Source: Escherichia coli (GTDB lineage: Bacteria; Pseudomonadota; Gammaproteobacteria; Enterobacterales; Enterobacteriaceae). Taken from it: DNA of 64,000 nt. The position numbers and the translations under genes are program-made. Each line of letters opens with the position of its first letter. Positions within the stretch are counted from its first letter, which is position 1. The stretch lies in NCBI RefSeq assembly GCF_044324785.1, contig NZ_CP172127.1; one strand, 5' to 3'. This document shows positions 18,720-28,240 of the stretch, one piece after another. Under the pieces are notes generated by a model that saw only the letters and a program-made list of their open reading frames with translations, was not told the DNA's origin and made no database searches.

Positions 18720-19306
18720 CTGCTCCCGTGGTTATAACTGCCATCATGGATGGCGGTATTGTTATAGCGAATGGCCACAGACTGATACTCCAGGCTGGCC
18801 AGATGGCAGCGGGCCGGTGCAAATGCAGCGAGCGTCTGACGCAGCATCGCGGCCTGATCGTTAGTAATGGGCTGTTTCAGAATAACGCGATAAACCGCCC
18901 AGGCGGCTGCATCTCCATGAACAAACAGTCCGTTATAGCTGCGATTGCCGTCGTAACTGAGACGACCTGTGCCTTCAATCAGATCCACTTCACCAAAGCC
19001 AAAACGGCGGATAACTTCCCGGATTGACCACGGCGTCCCTTTATACCGGTGTAGTTCGATGGCTGCTTTTATAAGCATGCGGCGAACATCGTCCGATTCC
19101 GCCAGCTCCCAGCCATCGCCAGACAGTGAGAACTGCTCGCCCAGCCATGGCAGCGCAGAACTGTCGACGATATCGACGAGAAAGACCATCAGTACGCTCA
19201 GGTCGATGTTATCCAGCCGCCCTGCCAGTCTTCCCAGCGTCCTGAGACTGATATCACCCTCAAGCGGTGGCGGGAGTTGTAATGGCTCAGTCATCAGACA
19301 CTCCAC
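18716..19306 (-). CDS. Baseplate/tail protein, P2 gpI-like
   Basis: Position between baseplate J and tail fibre; size and context. Confidence 0.65.
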   Translation of the reverse strand: MECLMTEPLQLPPPLEGDISLRTLGRLAGRLDNIDLSVLMVFLVDIVDSSALPWLGEQFSLSGDGWELAESDDVRRMLIKAAIELHRYKGTPWSIREVIRRFGFGEVDLIEGTGRLSYDGNRSYNGLFVHGDAAAWAVYRVILKQPITNDQAAMLRQTLAAFAPARCHLASLEYQSVAIRYNNTAIHDGSYNHGSS

Positions 19307-20390
19307 TCATGTTAAGTGTGATCGCCGTACAGTTTGCCCATTCGTTTTCTGCCACCACCCTCAGTGCCGGTGTCACCAGTTCAACCTGGTACACCCCGGA
19401 AACGGACAATGCACTGATAATCTGGCTGGGGACAATATCACGCCCCAGCGTGGCGGCACGTGATGCCACCCAGTTCTGTATGGCGCTGTTAGCGGCATCT
19501 TTTACAGACCTGGCATCCTGATCACGATAGATCGTAATCCTGGCTTCAATGGTGTAATCCACCTTCACTGGTGTTTTAGCCCGCACTGTATCAGTGAGTG
19601 GCCTGACTTTCTCATCAGAGCAGAAACTCTCTACCAGCGTGAGAACACCGCCGTCCGGCAGACCGGTACTGAGCAGCGGATACAGATCTACGGTCCCGGG
19701 AACCGGGGAAAGCACAGCAACATCGACAATGTTGGGATGGGCCTGCATGGCATGAAAGCGGTATGCGCCACGGCTTCCGGCATTGGTGAATGACTCCGGG
19801 GCCAGCCTGATACGCTCCCGGAGCCTGTCATCGTCTTCCTGTTCTGAACCGCCGGAACTGGCCGTCAGATTGCTCACCAGCAGGTCGACGTTATCAATCT
19901 CATCGAGTAACTGACTGACCTGCGCAGGTTGCCAGCCGTTACCAGCGGTACCGGGTTCGGTACAGGTGGACGTGACATTGACCAGCAGCAATCCGGCCTT
20001 CAGTACCACATCTGTATCGGTGGCAAAAATAACGCTGTCGGAAGCGCTGACGCGGGTGCCTGCCGGGATCAGCACATCAATGGTCAGTGCCTCATCCACA
20101 GAGAACTGAAGTGTGGTGGTGGCAGGCTGCGCGGCAAGGCGGTATACACCAACCAGTTCTCCGAGGTAATCAATCATCGGCTCTCGTGAAAAGGCGACCA
20201 GATTCTGCTTTGCTGCCTCCTGTACCGCAACCCTGACCAGCATTTCGCGATAGGCCCACAGATCAATCAGCAGACGTTCTGCCTGTGCCGGGTACAGCGT
20301 TTTGCCGGTATCCGCTTCATACTTCGCAATCATTTCTGCCGTGATTTTGTCGGCATCGCGTTCAATAAAATCGGGTTCTGTCAGCGCCAT
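19287..20390 (-). CDS. Baseplate protein J-like
   Basis: 367 aa, conserved order W-J-I-fibre. Confidence 0.8.
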   Translation of the reverse strand: MALTEPDFIERDADKITAEMIAKYEADTGKTLYPAQAERLLIDLWAYREMLVRVAVQEAAKQNLVAFSREPMIDYLGELVGVYRLAAQPATTTLQFSVDEALTIDVLIPAGTRVSASDSVIFATDTDVVLKAGLLLVNVTSTCTEPGTAGNGWQPAQVSQLLDEIDNVDLLVSNLTASSGGSEQEDDDRLRERIRLAPESFTNAGSRGAYRFHAMQAHPNIVDVAVLSPVPGTVDLYPLLSTGLPDGGVLTLVESFCSDEKVRPLTDTVRAKTPVKVDYTIEARITIYRDQDARSVKDAANSAIQNWVASRAATLGRDIVPSQIISALSVSGVYQVELVTPALRVVAENEWANCTAITLNMSGVSDD

Positions 20391-20728
20391 AGCAACTCCT
20401 GAGTCCGGGTCTGTCCGTCTGAGCCTTTCCAGCTCACCCGGAGCGTAAGATGTTCGCCGTCGACGGCGGGTTTAACTGACATAAGCTGGCAGCGGGGCTC
20501 CCAGCGTCGGATGGCATCGACGGATTCGCGCACCACATGCGGAATGGCCCGGTCTACAGGCCAGTCGATATAAAGATGCAGATTGCTGCCGAACTCCGGG
20601 CGATGCGGGTCGCTGCCGCGGGGAGTCCGCAGGATAATTTGAATCGCCTGCCGGATATCATCCAGCCCCCGGACAATTTCGCCGGGAGCCTGCAGGGTCG
20701 GTTGCCAGAATACTGAGGTTGTTTTCAT
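20381..20728 (-). CDS. Baseplate protein W-like (gp25/lysozyme-like fold family)
   Basis: 115 aa; context between spike V and J. Confidence 0.75.
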   Translation of the reverse strand: MKTTSVFWQPTLQAPGEIVRGLDDIRQAIQIILRTPRGSDPHRPEFGSNLHLYIDWPVDRAIPHVVRESVDAIRRWEPRCQLMSVKPAVDGEHLTLRVSWKGSDGQTRTQELLWR

Positions 20729-20782
20729 GGGGGCAGTATTGCCCCCGTGCGGGAACGCTGATATTAAAGGCGTTTAAAAAGC

Positions 20783-21379
20783 TCAGTGGGAGTGGTGGCT
20801 GGAGTTTTCGCCATCAGACAACATACTGCCCGTGGCATGGGCATTCCCTTTAATCTCGATATTGCCATGGATGGTCGCGGTAACACCTTCACCACCAGAA
20901 CCCGCCATGCCTCCTTCGTAAATCAGCTTACCCCTGACACGCAGATCTCCGGTAAGTTCGGTTTCCGGTGCGTCAATCGTGGCTTTCTGTGTTTTCAATA
21001 CCACATCAGCACCACACTCAATGACAATATGCTCAATGCCGCCCCGGATGATCAGAGTGTGCGTCTTCCGGTTGTAGCTGTACTCTGCACCATCAGCAAA
21101 CCGGGTTCCCCGGATATTTTTGTCACTGAACGGTGGTTTATCGACGTCTGAATACACCGCGCCCAGAATAACACCATCCTCGCCGTTGGCATCGAGCAGC
21201 ACCTCAACCTGCTCCCCCACGTCAGGGAGCCAGTAATCTTTGTTATCCTGGGTATTGCGCTGCAGCACGTTAAGCCAGTTTGTGCGCAGGTTATCGCATT
21301 CAGGCAGACGAACGCGGGCCTGAACCCTGTCGGCATCAACGGCACTGACCGTACCGACCTGACGAGTGACACCAGTCAT
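20783..21379 (-). CDS. Baseplate spike/assembly protein V-like
   Basis: 198 aa, glycine-rich C-terminus with HxH motifs (SSHHSH) typical of spike tips. Confidence 0.75.
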   Translation of the reverse strand: MTGVTRQVGTVSAVDADRVQARVRLPECDNLRTNWLNVLQRNTQDNKDYWLPDVGEQVEVLLDANGEDGVILGAVYSDVDKPPFSDKNIRGTRFADGAEYSYNRKTHTLIIRGGIEHIVIECGADVVLKTQKATIDAPETELTGDLRVRGKLIYEGGMAGSGGEGVTATIHGNIEIKGNAHATGSMLSDGENSSHHSH

Positions 21380-22548
21380 TTTTTCTTCTCTCTTATTACT
21401 GTGGACGTGCTGCCGTCCGGTTTATAGATGGTCAGCATCCGGGTTTTGCCGATTTTTTTACCTTTCTTCGCCTTGCCCTGTGTGATCGGCCCCCGTGCCA
21501 CTTCCAGCTCTGTGGTGTAGCCGCTGTTACGGTCAAACGCATGGCGGGCAGTGGTTATGAGCCATGGCCCGGATAACTGCCCAAAACCCACCAGTTCAAT
21601 TTTGTTGCCTGCTGTCAGTTGAGGTGTTCCCGTCAGCGTCAGGGAGCCGTTCTGCTGGTATTCGTTATGTCTGGCCAGTGCTGAATCCGCTTTAATCCGG
21701 GCACTGTCCGGGTCGCTGACGCGGCTGTTAACTTTAAGTGAGTCAGCGCTGGTAACCTTACCACCTTTGAGCTTTTTGTCGCTTTCACGGGTACCACCAT
21801 CAGCTTCGTAGACGATCAGTTTTTTACTGCTGCTTTTCTGGTGTTTTACCTTTGCAGATTTATAGACCCGGTTGATGGTGTCACGCAGGGAAAAGCGGGC
21901 CACATCCTGCGGTTTTAACTGCCTGACCGGCTCCTGACTGCGCAGTGTGGCCAGATGAGAAAAAATCAGCTGGTCACTGACCACTTTCACTGCATAACCA
22001 TACTCGCTGGCCAGCCGGCGCAGAAAACCCACGTCGGTTTCAGCATACTGGGTCACCCGGTCGATTCTGATGGACTCAATGCTGCCCACCAGTTTCAGCC
22101 GGTGCTTTCTGGCAATCCGCCCCGCAACAGCTGCCAGCGTGGTGTTCTCAAAACCACGACTGGTTTTAGTCCGCAGGGCACTGTTAACCGAGGTGGCCAC
22201 CCCACGGATAGAAACAACGGAAGCGGGCGAACTCACTTCGATCTCGTCTATAGAGAACGTACCGCAGGACAGCAGCTTCTCGTCCTGATAGCCCATTTTC
22301 AGCGTCAGCGTGTCACCCTTGCCCGGATACCACTTATCCAGCCAGCGGCCATCGGTGTCGTCCAGCTCCACCTCAATGGTATCGGACTCATTTTTGATGT
22401 TATCGCTCCAGGTCACACGGGTGACATAAGGCGCGATATCAGAGGTGATGTTTTTCTGCAGATACCACAGAGTGAACACCGGTGTCAGCACATCGCTGAC
22501 GCCGGTTAACGCTGATGTGACTTGCGCAGTGCTGTTTATCTCAGCCAT
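21376..22548 (-). CDS. Baseplate hub protein (P2 gpD / Mu gp44-like)
   Basis: 390 aa, position after tail protein X. Confidence 0.7.
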   Translation of the reverse strand: MAEINSTAQVTSALTGVSDVLTPVFTLWYLQKNITSDIAPYVTRVTWSDNIKNESDTIEVELDDTDGRWLDKWYPGKGDTLTLKMGYQDEKLLSCGTFSIDEIEVSSPASVVSIRGVATSVNSALRTKTSRGFENTTLAAVAGRIARKHRLKLVGSIESIRIDRVTQYAETDVGFLRRLASEYGYAVKVVSDQLIFSHLATLRSQEPVRQLKPQDVARFSLRDTINRVYKSAKVKHQKSSSKKLIVYEADGGTRESDKKLKGGKVTSADSLKVNSRVSDPDSARIKADSALARHNEYQQNGSLTLTGTPQLTAGNKIELVGFGQLSGPWLITTARHAFDRNSGYTTELEVARGPITQGKAKKGKKIGKTRMLTIYKPDGSTSTVIREKKK

Positions 22549-22751
22549 GGGGCAATATCCTCTTCTGTACGGGCTTCTTCAGCCTCAATCACCGGGATCA
22601 GTAACAACAGCCCGGAGGGCAGCACCGGCGTGATGGCCACGTGCGGATTGGCGGCAATAATCCGGGGATAGCCCAGCGGGTCACCGTAGTACTGCCATGC
22701 CAGCGAATCCCAGCGCTCTCCGTCACGGGTAACATGTTCAAGAAACATCAC
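22536..22751 (-). CDS. Tail protein X-like (small LysM-like)
   Basis: 71 aa with WDSLAWQYYGDP...IAANPHV...GLLLLIP pattern. Confidence 0.7.
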   Translation of the reverse strand: MMFLEHVTRDGERWDSLAWQYYGDPLGYPRIIAANPHVAITPVLPSGLLLLIPVIEAEEARTEEDIAPWLR

Positions 22752-23632
22752 ACACTCCTCGTCAGTATTCTGGCGGCCATTGCACTTAATCCCGGAGACA
22801 TGCGGTTGAATGCTGTTCCGACGGCGTTAAGCTGCCCGGAAACGGTATCCAGAGCACCTGCAATATTTCTTTTGTCCACACCACTCAGCGCAGACTGTGC
22901 CTGCTGTACATACGTGGCTGCTTCGCTGGCTGTTCTGGCCAGACTGATGGCATCGGGCATGGATTCAGAGAGTGCGTTAAACGCCGGAACACTTTTCCCC
23001 AGAGCCCCGGAGATATTACCCAGTCCGCTCATCAGCCCCGGCACACGGGTCAGTGCGACAACGGGGTTATCCTTCATTTTCTGTGTCACCCGAACGGCGC
23101 TGATAGTGGTCTGGAGTACAGACTGCGCCTGTTTCGCATAGTTGACGCCGTTGCGGATGAACTGCGCCACCCCGGAAGGTGAAGGAATGGCACCGGAGAC
23201 CGCCCCGACACCCGGGAGCTTCGTGCGTATTGCCGGTGGTTGCAGAGGATTTTTCGGGTCACCGGTGTATTCCCGGAGAGACACGGTGGCACTGACAGCC
23301 AGCACGTTGCCGGTACTGTCAGTCTGCTCGCTGGTTGCAGTCACATCGGTAATCACGAACCAGCCGCGATAGTCACCGTTGCCGAAGACCAGCGCCAGTG
23401 CCTGATGGGCTTTCATGGCTGTTCGCAGTCTCGCCAGCTCCACATCGGGTACACAATAATGCTGATGGAAAACCAGAGTTATCTGGATTTCGTCCAGCCT
23501 GTCGCCGACGAACTGCAGGCCAGGCTTACCCCCGATGCGGGCATGCTCCGCATAATCGACGCCGAACGTGGCCTCGAAGCCGTCCCAGTAGGTAATCAGC
23601 TCAAACTCAATATCACCCAGTACGGCAAACAT
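22748..23632 (-). CDS. Tail protein (P2 gpU / Mu DNA-circularisation protein N-like)
   Basis: 294 aa between tape measure and X; assignment by position. Confidence 0.5.
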   Translation of the reverse strand: MFAVLGDIEFELITYWDGFEATFGVDYAEHARIGGKPGLQFVGDRLDEIQITLVFHQHYCVPDVELARLRTAMKAHQALALVFGNGDYRGWFVITDVTATSEQTDSTGNVLAVSATVSLREYTGDPKNPLQPPAIRTKLPGVGAVSGAIPSPSGVAQFIRNGVNYAKQAQSVLQTTISAVRVTQKMKDNPVVALTRVPGLMSGLGNISGALGKSVPAFNALSESMPDAISLARTASEAATYVQQAQSALSGVDKRNIAGALDTVSGQLNAVGTAFNRMSPGLSAMAARILTRSV

Positions 23633-26600
23633 CAGCGGTACTCCTTACGTTGTTTCTGAGCCAGCAGACGCTCCAGCATTTTTTCCAGCTCATGCAGACT
23701 CATATTCAGGGCACCAGTCAGTCCTGCAGGCGCTGTGGTTTCCCTGCCATTGAGGAAAAACTGAGGATTAAAGCTGACCTGGATACCACCAGACGTTCCA
23801 CCGCCGGTTGCAGCTGCACCACGGCCTGAATATCCGGCAGCCAGGATTTCAGGCGAGGGGATACGGGGAACATCCGGTGTCATCTCATTTGCCAGACGTT
23901 GCCCTGGTAAAATCGATGCCCGGGTGGAGAGCGGAATAACGGGCATGGAAGACAAACTATTGATTACGGCTCCGATCGCATTTTTAGCAGACGACATAAA
24001 CCCATTGATATCGGGCAACGGCATACTGAAGCGAACACCTGAAGTGTTATCCCGTATTTCTGGCCCCTGAATGCTCACGGGCATTCTGGGGAGCAGTTCA
24101 CTGGCCATTCGCTGCCCGGCCAGAGCTGCAAGCGGAGTGGTCCGCTGCAGGCCAATGGCGGCCCCCTGCGCGATATTGTCACCAAAGCCCATAAACACGC
24201 GGCTCGGCGAATGAATGCCCAGCTTTTCGCTGAACCAGCCACTGATGCTGTCACCCATTCCGGTTACACTGGATTTGAGCGACTCCCATTTGTTTTTGAT
24301 ACCGTTAATCAGACCGTCGACAAGATGGCCACCGAAGTCGGTGAACTTTGCCGGCAGATCAACACCAAGATATTTCAGCGCAGCTGCAAAGGCTTTATAG
24401 AGCAGACCTGCCGGCGACCAGTTAATCAGCAGCTTACCAGTTCCCGCGATACCGCCGTTAAAGGCTTCCTGAATGTCAGCCCAGCACTGTTTAAACCAGC
24501 TACTGATGCTGTCACCCATTCCGGTTACACTGGATTTGAGCGACCCCCATTTGTTTTTGATACCGTTAATCAGACCGTCGATAAGATGGCCACCGAAGTC
24601 GGTGAACTTTGCCGGCAGAGCAACGCCGAAATATTTCAGCGCAGCCGCAAAGGCTTTATAGAGCAGGCCTGCCGGCGACCAGTTAATCAGCAACTTACCA
24701 ATTCCCACAATGCCGCCGTTAAAGGCTTCCTGAATGTCAGCCCAGCGCTGTTTAAACCAGCTACTGATGCTGTCACCCATTCCGGTTACACTGGATTTGA
24801 GCGACCCCCATTTGCTTTTGATACCGTTAATCAGACCGTCGATAAGATGGCCACCGAAGTCGGTGAACTTTGCCGGCAGAGCAACGCCGAAATATTTCAG
24901 CGCAGCCGCAAAGGCTTTATAGAGCAGGCCTGCCGGCGACCAGTTAATCAGCAACTTACCAATTCCCACAATGCCGCCGTTAAAGGCTTCCTGAATGTCA
25001 GCCCAGCGCTGTTTAAACCAACCACTGACAGCCCCCCAGTTGCGGTAGATAAGGTAAGCTGCTGTCGCGACAGCGGTGATAACGAGACCGATGGGATTCA
25101 TCATCAGCGCTCGCCCAATCCAGAGAACGGCACGTGCAGCGCTCATAAAACCGCGAACGAGGCTGCCCGCCAGAACTTTGCTGAGTTTCAGTCCTCCGCT
25201 GGTCAGTCGGCTGAATCCAGTGACAAGCCAGCGTAATTTGCCACCTTCTCCGAGTGCGGTAGTCAGTCGATGCCAGTTGGTCCGGAGTAAAACAGTAGTT
25301 TTCCAGACGTTCACAAAGGGGGAAATAAGGAGATTCAGCCCCAGTTTGAGACCAATAGTCGCTATCTTAATCGCAAGGAGCGCACTGATGAGCTTAAAAG
25401 CCCCACTGACAAATTGCGGGTGAGTCGCTACCCAGTGTTTTGTCCCCTGAATGAGTGGGAGCAGTTCCTGAGTCAGAGAAATAAAAGATGGAGCTAATTG
25501 ATCGCCCAGCGTAATTGCCAGATCGCGACTGCTGACCATAAGTGTTTTAGTGGCTTCAAGGGGAGATTTCAGCCGCTGATCATAAGCACTGGCAAGCAAA
25601 TCGTTATCCGCAGCCCTGAGAGCACCGGCACGGATCTCTCGATATCTGTCCATGTTGGCCAGCATCGGGCGGATAAATGCCATGACCTGCATATCCGCGA
25701 ACATATCGCCCAGACCAAAGTTTTTCGCCAGAGCCTGAAGTGCCTCATCTCTTGCCGTATCATTCTTTATTTTCATGGCTGATTTGAAGCCGGCCAGCGC
25801 TTCGGGGCTTTTGGCATTGAGGTAACGTTCTATAACACTCAACATCCCTTCAATCGGAGAGATCCCCGCAGCTTTATAACTCGCAATAGATCCCTGCAAA
25901 TCAATACCCAGATCAGCAAACTGTTTCTGAGTATCGCGGGCAAAAATTTTGGTAAGAAAGTTTTTAAAATTATTGGCTGCTTCGTCGGTGGAACCTGCAC
26001 CGATTTTTGCTATCTGGAGACTGGCCCCGATTTCAGCAACAGCCTCTTTTCCACTGGCAAGACCCGCCATCATTGGGGCCAGGGACTGCATCCACTTGAC
26101 CTGATCCGGGATTTCAAATGACCCCTGGTCACCGGCATAAGCCATAATATTCTGAACGGCACCAAAATCTCTGGCCGCACCTTTCAGGGAGTTTTGCCAG
26201 ACTGCGGCCACTTTTGCCCAGTCCTGAGCAGACGTGCGTGTTGCCGTTGCCGCGCGGGCAATATCCGGCATCAGAAAACCGATATCTGACACATTATCAA
26301 TATTGTCGCTGATGAGTGAACCCACCGCCTCCTGCAGCTCATCCTGATACTGATTGTATTTAAGCGCCCAGCCTTTTATCTGTCCGGCAAGTGCATCCCG
26401 CGTTTTATTGTCATATTTTGCGGTGATCGACATATCAATCATTTTGTCCTGAAAAGACATGGACTGCTGAACGGCAGGGGAAACCGTATGATAAACAGTC
26501 TGTGCCATGCCATACGCTTCAATCCCCTGACCATACAGCGCCATGCGGTTAGCTTTCAGCGCATCACTGGTAGCGGATGCCGCTGACAGACGGCGCTGCT

Positions 26601-26844
26601 GGCGCTCAATTTGCTCCATGGTGCGGCTTACCCGCAGCAGCTCGCTGTTGAGATGCTGCATCCGGGAAGAACCCAGTTGACCATAACGTTCTGTTGCACG
26701 GGTTAAAGCGTTCTGACGTTCCTGCAGGCGGCGTGAGGTATCGCTCAGGGAATCAAGCGCACGGCGGGTACCGCTCATTGCAGAACGGAATGTGCTGCCA
26801 ATCATCCCGCCGATAACAACGCCGACTGAAAACTGTCCCGACAT
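23632..26844 (-). CDS. Tail tape measure protein (1070 aa) with internal triplicated 87-aa repeat
   Basis: Long, Ala/Gly-rich, coiled-coil-like N-terminus; sits after the tail chaperones. Confidence 0.85.
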   Translation of the reverse strand: MSGQFSVGVVIGGMIGSTFRSAMSGTRRALDSLSDTSRRLQERQNALTRATERYGQLGSSRMQHLNSELLRVSRTMEQIERQQRRLSAASATSDALKANRMALYGQGIEAYGMAQTVYHTVSPAVQQSMSFQDKMIDMSITAKYDNKTRDALAGQIKGWALKYNQYQDELQEAVGSLISDNIDNVSDIGFLMPDIARAATATRTSAQDWAKVAAVWQNSLKGAARDFGAVQNIMAYAGDQGSFEIPDQVKWMQSLAPMMAGLASGKEAVAEIGASLQIAKIGAGSTDEAANNFKNFLTKIFARDTQKQFADLGIDLQGSIASYKAAGISPIEGMLSVIERYLNAKSPEALAGFKSAMKIKNDTARDEALQALAKNFGLGDMFADMQVMAFIRPMLANMDRYREIRAGALRAADNDLLASAYDQRLKSPLEATKTLMVSSRDLAITLGDQLAPSFISLTQELLPLIQGTKHWVATHPQFVSGAFKLISALLAIKIATIGLKLGLNLLISPFVNVWKTTVLLRTNWHRLTTALGEGGKLRWLVTGFSRLTSGGLKLSKVLAGSLVRGFMSAARAVLWIGRALMMNPIGLVITAVATAAYLIYRNWGAVSGWFKQRWADIQEAFNGGIVGIGKLLINWSPAGLLYKAFAAALKYFGVALPAKFTDFGGHLIDGLINGIKSKWGSLKSSVTGMGDSISSWFKQRWADIQEAFNGGIVGIGKLLINWSPAGLLYKAFAAALKYFGVALPAKFTDFGGHLIDGLINGIKNKWGSLKSSVTGMGDSISSWFKQCWADIQEAFNGGIAGTGKLLINWSPAGLLYKAFAAALKYLGVDLPAKFTDFGGHLVDGLINGIKNKWESLKSSVTGMGDSISGWFSEKLGIHSPSRVFMGFGDNIAQGAAIGLQRTTPLAALAGQRMASELLPRMPVSIQGPEIRDNTSGVRFSMPLPDINGFMSSAKNAIGAVINSLSSMPVIPLSTRASILPGQRLANEMTPDVPRIPSPEILAAGYSGRGAAATGGGTSGGIQVSFNPQFFLNGRETTAPAGLTGALNMSLHELEKMLERLLAQKQRKEYR
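24200..25020. repeat. Three tandem ~261-bp coding repeats inside the tape-measure gene
   Basis: Shadow ORFs at 24215, 24473 and 24734 are near-identical; protein repeats ISSWFKQRWADIQEAFNGGIVGIGKLLINWSPAGLLYKAFAAALKYFGVALPAKFTDFGGHLIDGLINGIK.KW.SLKSSVTGMGDS three times. Confidence 0.8.
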
Positions 26845-26919
26845 AGTGGTTAACCTCCGGGGAAGGTGAAAAGACGTGAGGGGATAACGCAGAACAGCCG
26901 CTACTGGCGGCTGTCTGTA

Positions 26920-27177
26920 CTATGATTTGTCGCCGTACTCGCTTTTGATTTGCTCTTCAGCCTGCTCCAGCCACATCTCCAGATCGTCAGTATCGAGGGC
27001 ATCAATCTCCCCCGGCTGAAACCGGAACCATCTCGCCAGCAGCCCCTGCGCCTGCGTCAGCGCCCTGGTTGCTCTCACCCATCCCCGTGATGAGCTGAAA
27101 TCGTTTCTGTAACTGCAGGTAATCAGCCAGATCCATATTGTCGAGATCTTCCGGGAGAAGACCAGTACTGCGGGCAA
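26920..27177 (-). other. Overlapping +1-frame extension of the tail chaperone (putative programmed-frameshift product)
   Basis: Second frame overlaps the last ~58 codons of the chaperone and continues 27 codons past its stop (...GEIDALDTDDLEMWLEQAEEQIKSEYGDKS). Confidence 0.4.
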
Positions 27178-27337
27178 TCAGCGGTTCGTCCCAGTCTGCC
27201 GGGTTTTTGCTGATTTTGCGCACCTGCTTCAGGTCTTTTACCGTCAGGCGTTTCAGTTCAACCAGCTCAATTCTGGTGCCTGCAGCAGTGGTGAAGGGAT
27301 AAGACAATTTAAAAGTATCGGATGGGGTCTGTGACAT
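27002..27337 (-). CDS. Tail assembly chaperone (upstream frame)
   Basis: 111 aa immediately upstream of tape measure. Confidence 0.6.
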   Translation of the reverse strand: MSQTPSDTFKLSYPFTTAAGTRIELVELKRLTVKDLKQVRKISKNPADWDEPLIARSTGLLPEDLDNMDLADYLQLQKRFQLITGMGESNQGADAGAGAAGEMVPVSAGGD

Positions 27338-27434
27338 GATTGTGCTCCTGTGTAAGTTCAGGGCAGTATGTCGGGAGAAGCGCGTGACGGATATTAAAGG
27401 AGATTAAGAAGAAGGGGCCGGAGCCCCTGTGATG

Positions 27435-27716
27435 TCAGCAAGTGCGAAACCCCTTGCAGTTACGCAGGAAAGCGATGAGAAGCGTCTTTCCCTCAGATTT
27501 GCCGATGCCGGAGAACCAGTGGTCGGGAGGCTCCCATGCTTCAATCAAATCCGCCAGTTTGCGGGCCTTTGAACGTGTGCAGTCAATCGGGTCATTGGTT
27601 TTACGGGTATTAAAAAGGGTTTCCACCCCCGGAATATCAAGGAGGGTAAACCACGTACCATTTGACATGCCCAGTGCCGCACATCGTCCTCCTTTATCCG
27701 TCAGTTCAACACTCAC
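27435..27716 (-). CDS. Hypothetical phage protein (93 aa)
   Basis: ORF between tail tube and chaperone. Confidence 0.4.
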   Translation of the reverse strand: MSVELTDKGGRCAALGMSNGTWFTLLDIPGVETLFNTRKTNDPIDCTRSKARKLADLIEAWEPPDHWFSGIGKSEGKTLLIAFLRNCKGFRTC

Positions 27717-27718
27717 CG

Positions 27719-28240
27719 TCAGCCCCCGATATTGATACGGTAGTCAGTCAGTTGATCAACACCGCCGACCCGGAAGATGTTGGCCAGATAGTCCAGTTGC
27801 AGCAGCTCTTCACCATCCAGTACCTGTCTGATATACGTGCAGGTGAAGCTACTGGAGAACTCGGCGTTCTCGTGCTGTTTGAACGTCCCCAGCGGGTTCT
27901 TCTTGAACATAATCGTCAGGAAGGTGACCAGCGGGATTTCGTCAATCAGCCCCTGCGAGCTGTAGCGCTGGACGCTGGAACGACACTGCAGTGCCAGCGA
28001 CCTGTACGGGTTCGCGGCAGACAGCATCGCATCGCGGTAAAAGCTGTTCCATTTGATTTCGCCTTCCAGCTTGTCAAAACCAGCCGGGAGTTCCACCTTA
28101 CCCACCATCCCCAGCGCCTTGTGTTCCTGCATAATCATGGAGACATCGGGGAGTTTGACTTCCTCAGCCCGTCCCAGCAGGTTAGTACCATCCAGATAGA
28201 TGTTGGCATTCGTGATGCGGTTTATCTCAATCTTTGACAT
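27719..28240 (-). CDS. Tail tube protein
   Basis: 173 aa directly downstream of sheath. Confidence 0.8.
   Translation of the reverse strand: MSKIEINRITNANIYLDGTNLLGRAEEVKLPDVSMIMQEHKALGMVGKVELPAGFDKLEGEIKWNSFYRDAMLSAANPYRSLALQCRSSVQRYSSQGLIDEIPLVTFLTIMFKKNPLGTFKQHENAEFSSSFTCTYIRQVLDGEELLQLDYLANIFRVGGVDQLTDYRINIGG

Noticed and set aside
24211-25236. 341-aa plus-strand ORF and three ~62-aa ORFs (24215, 24473, 24734)
   Set aside because: They lie antisense to the tape-measure gene and simply mirror its 261-bp coding repeats; they are shadow ORFs, not genes or a CRISPR array
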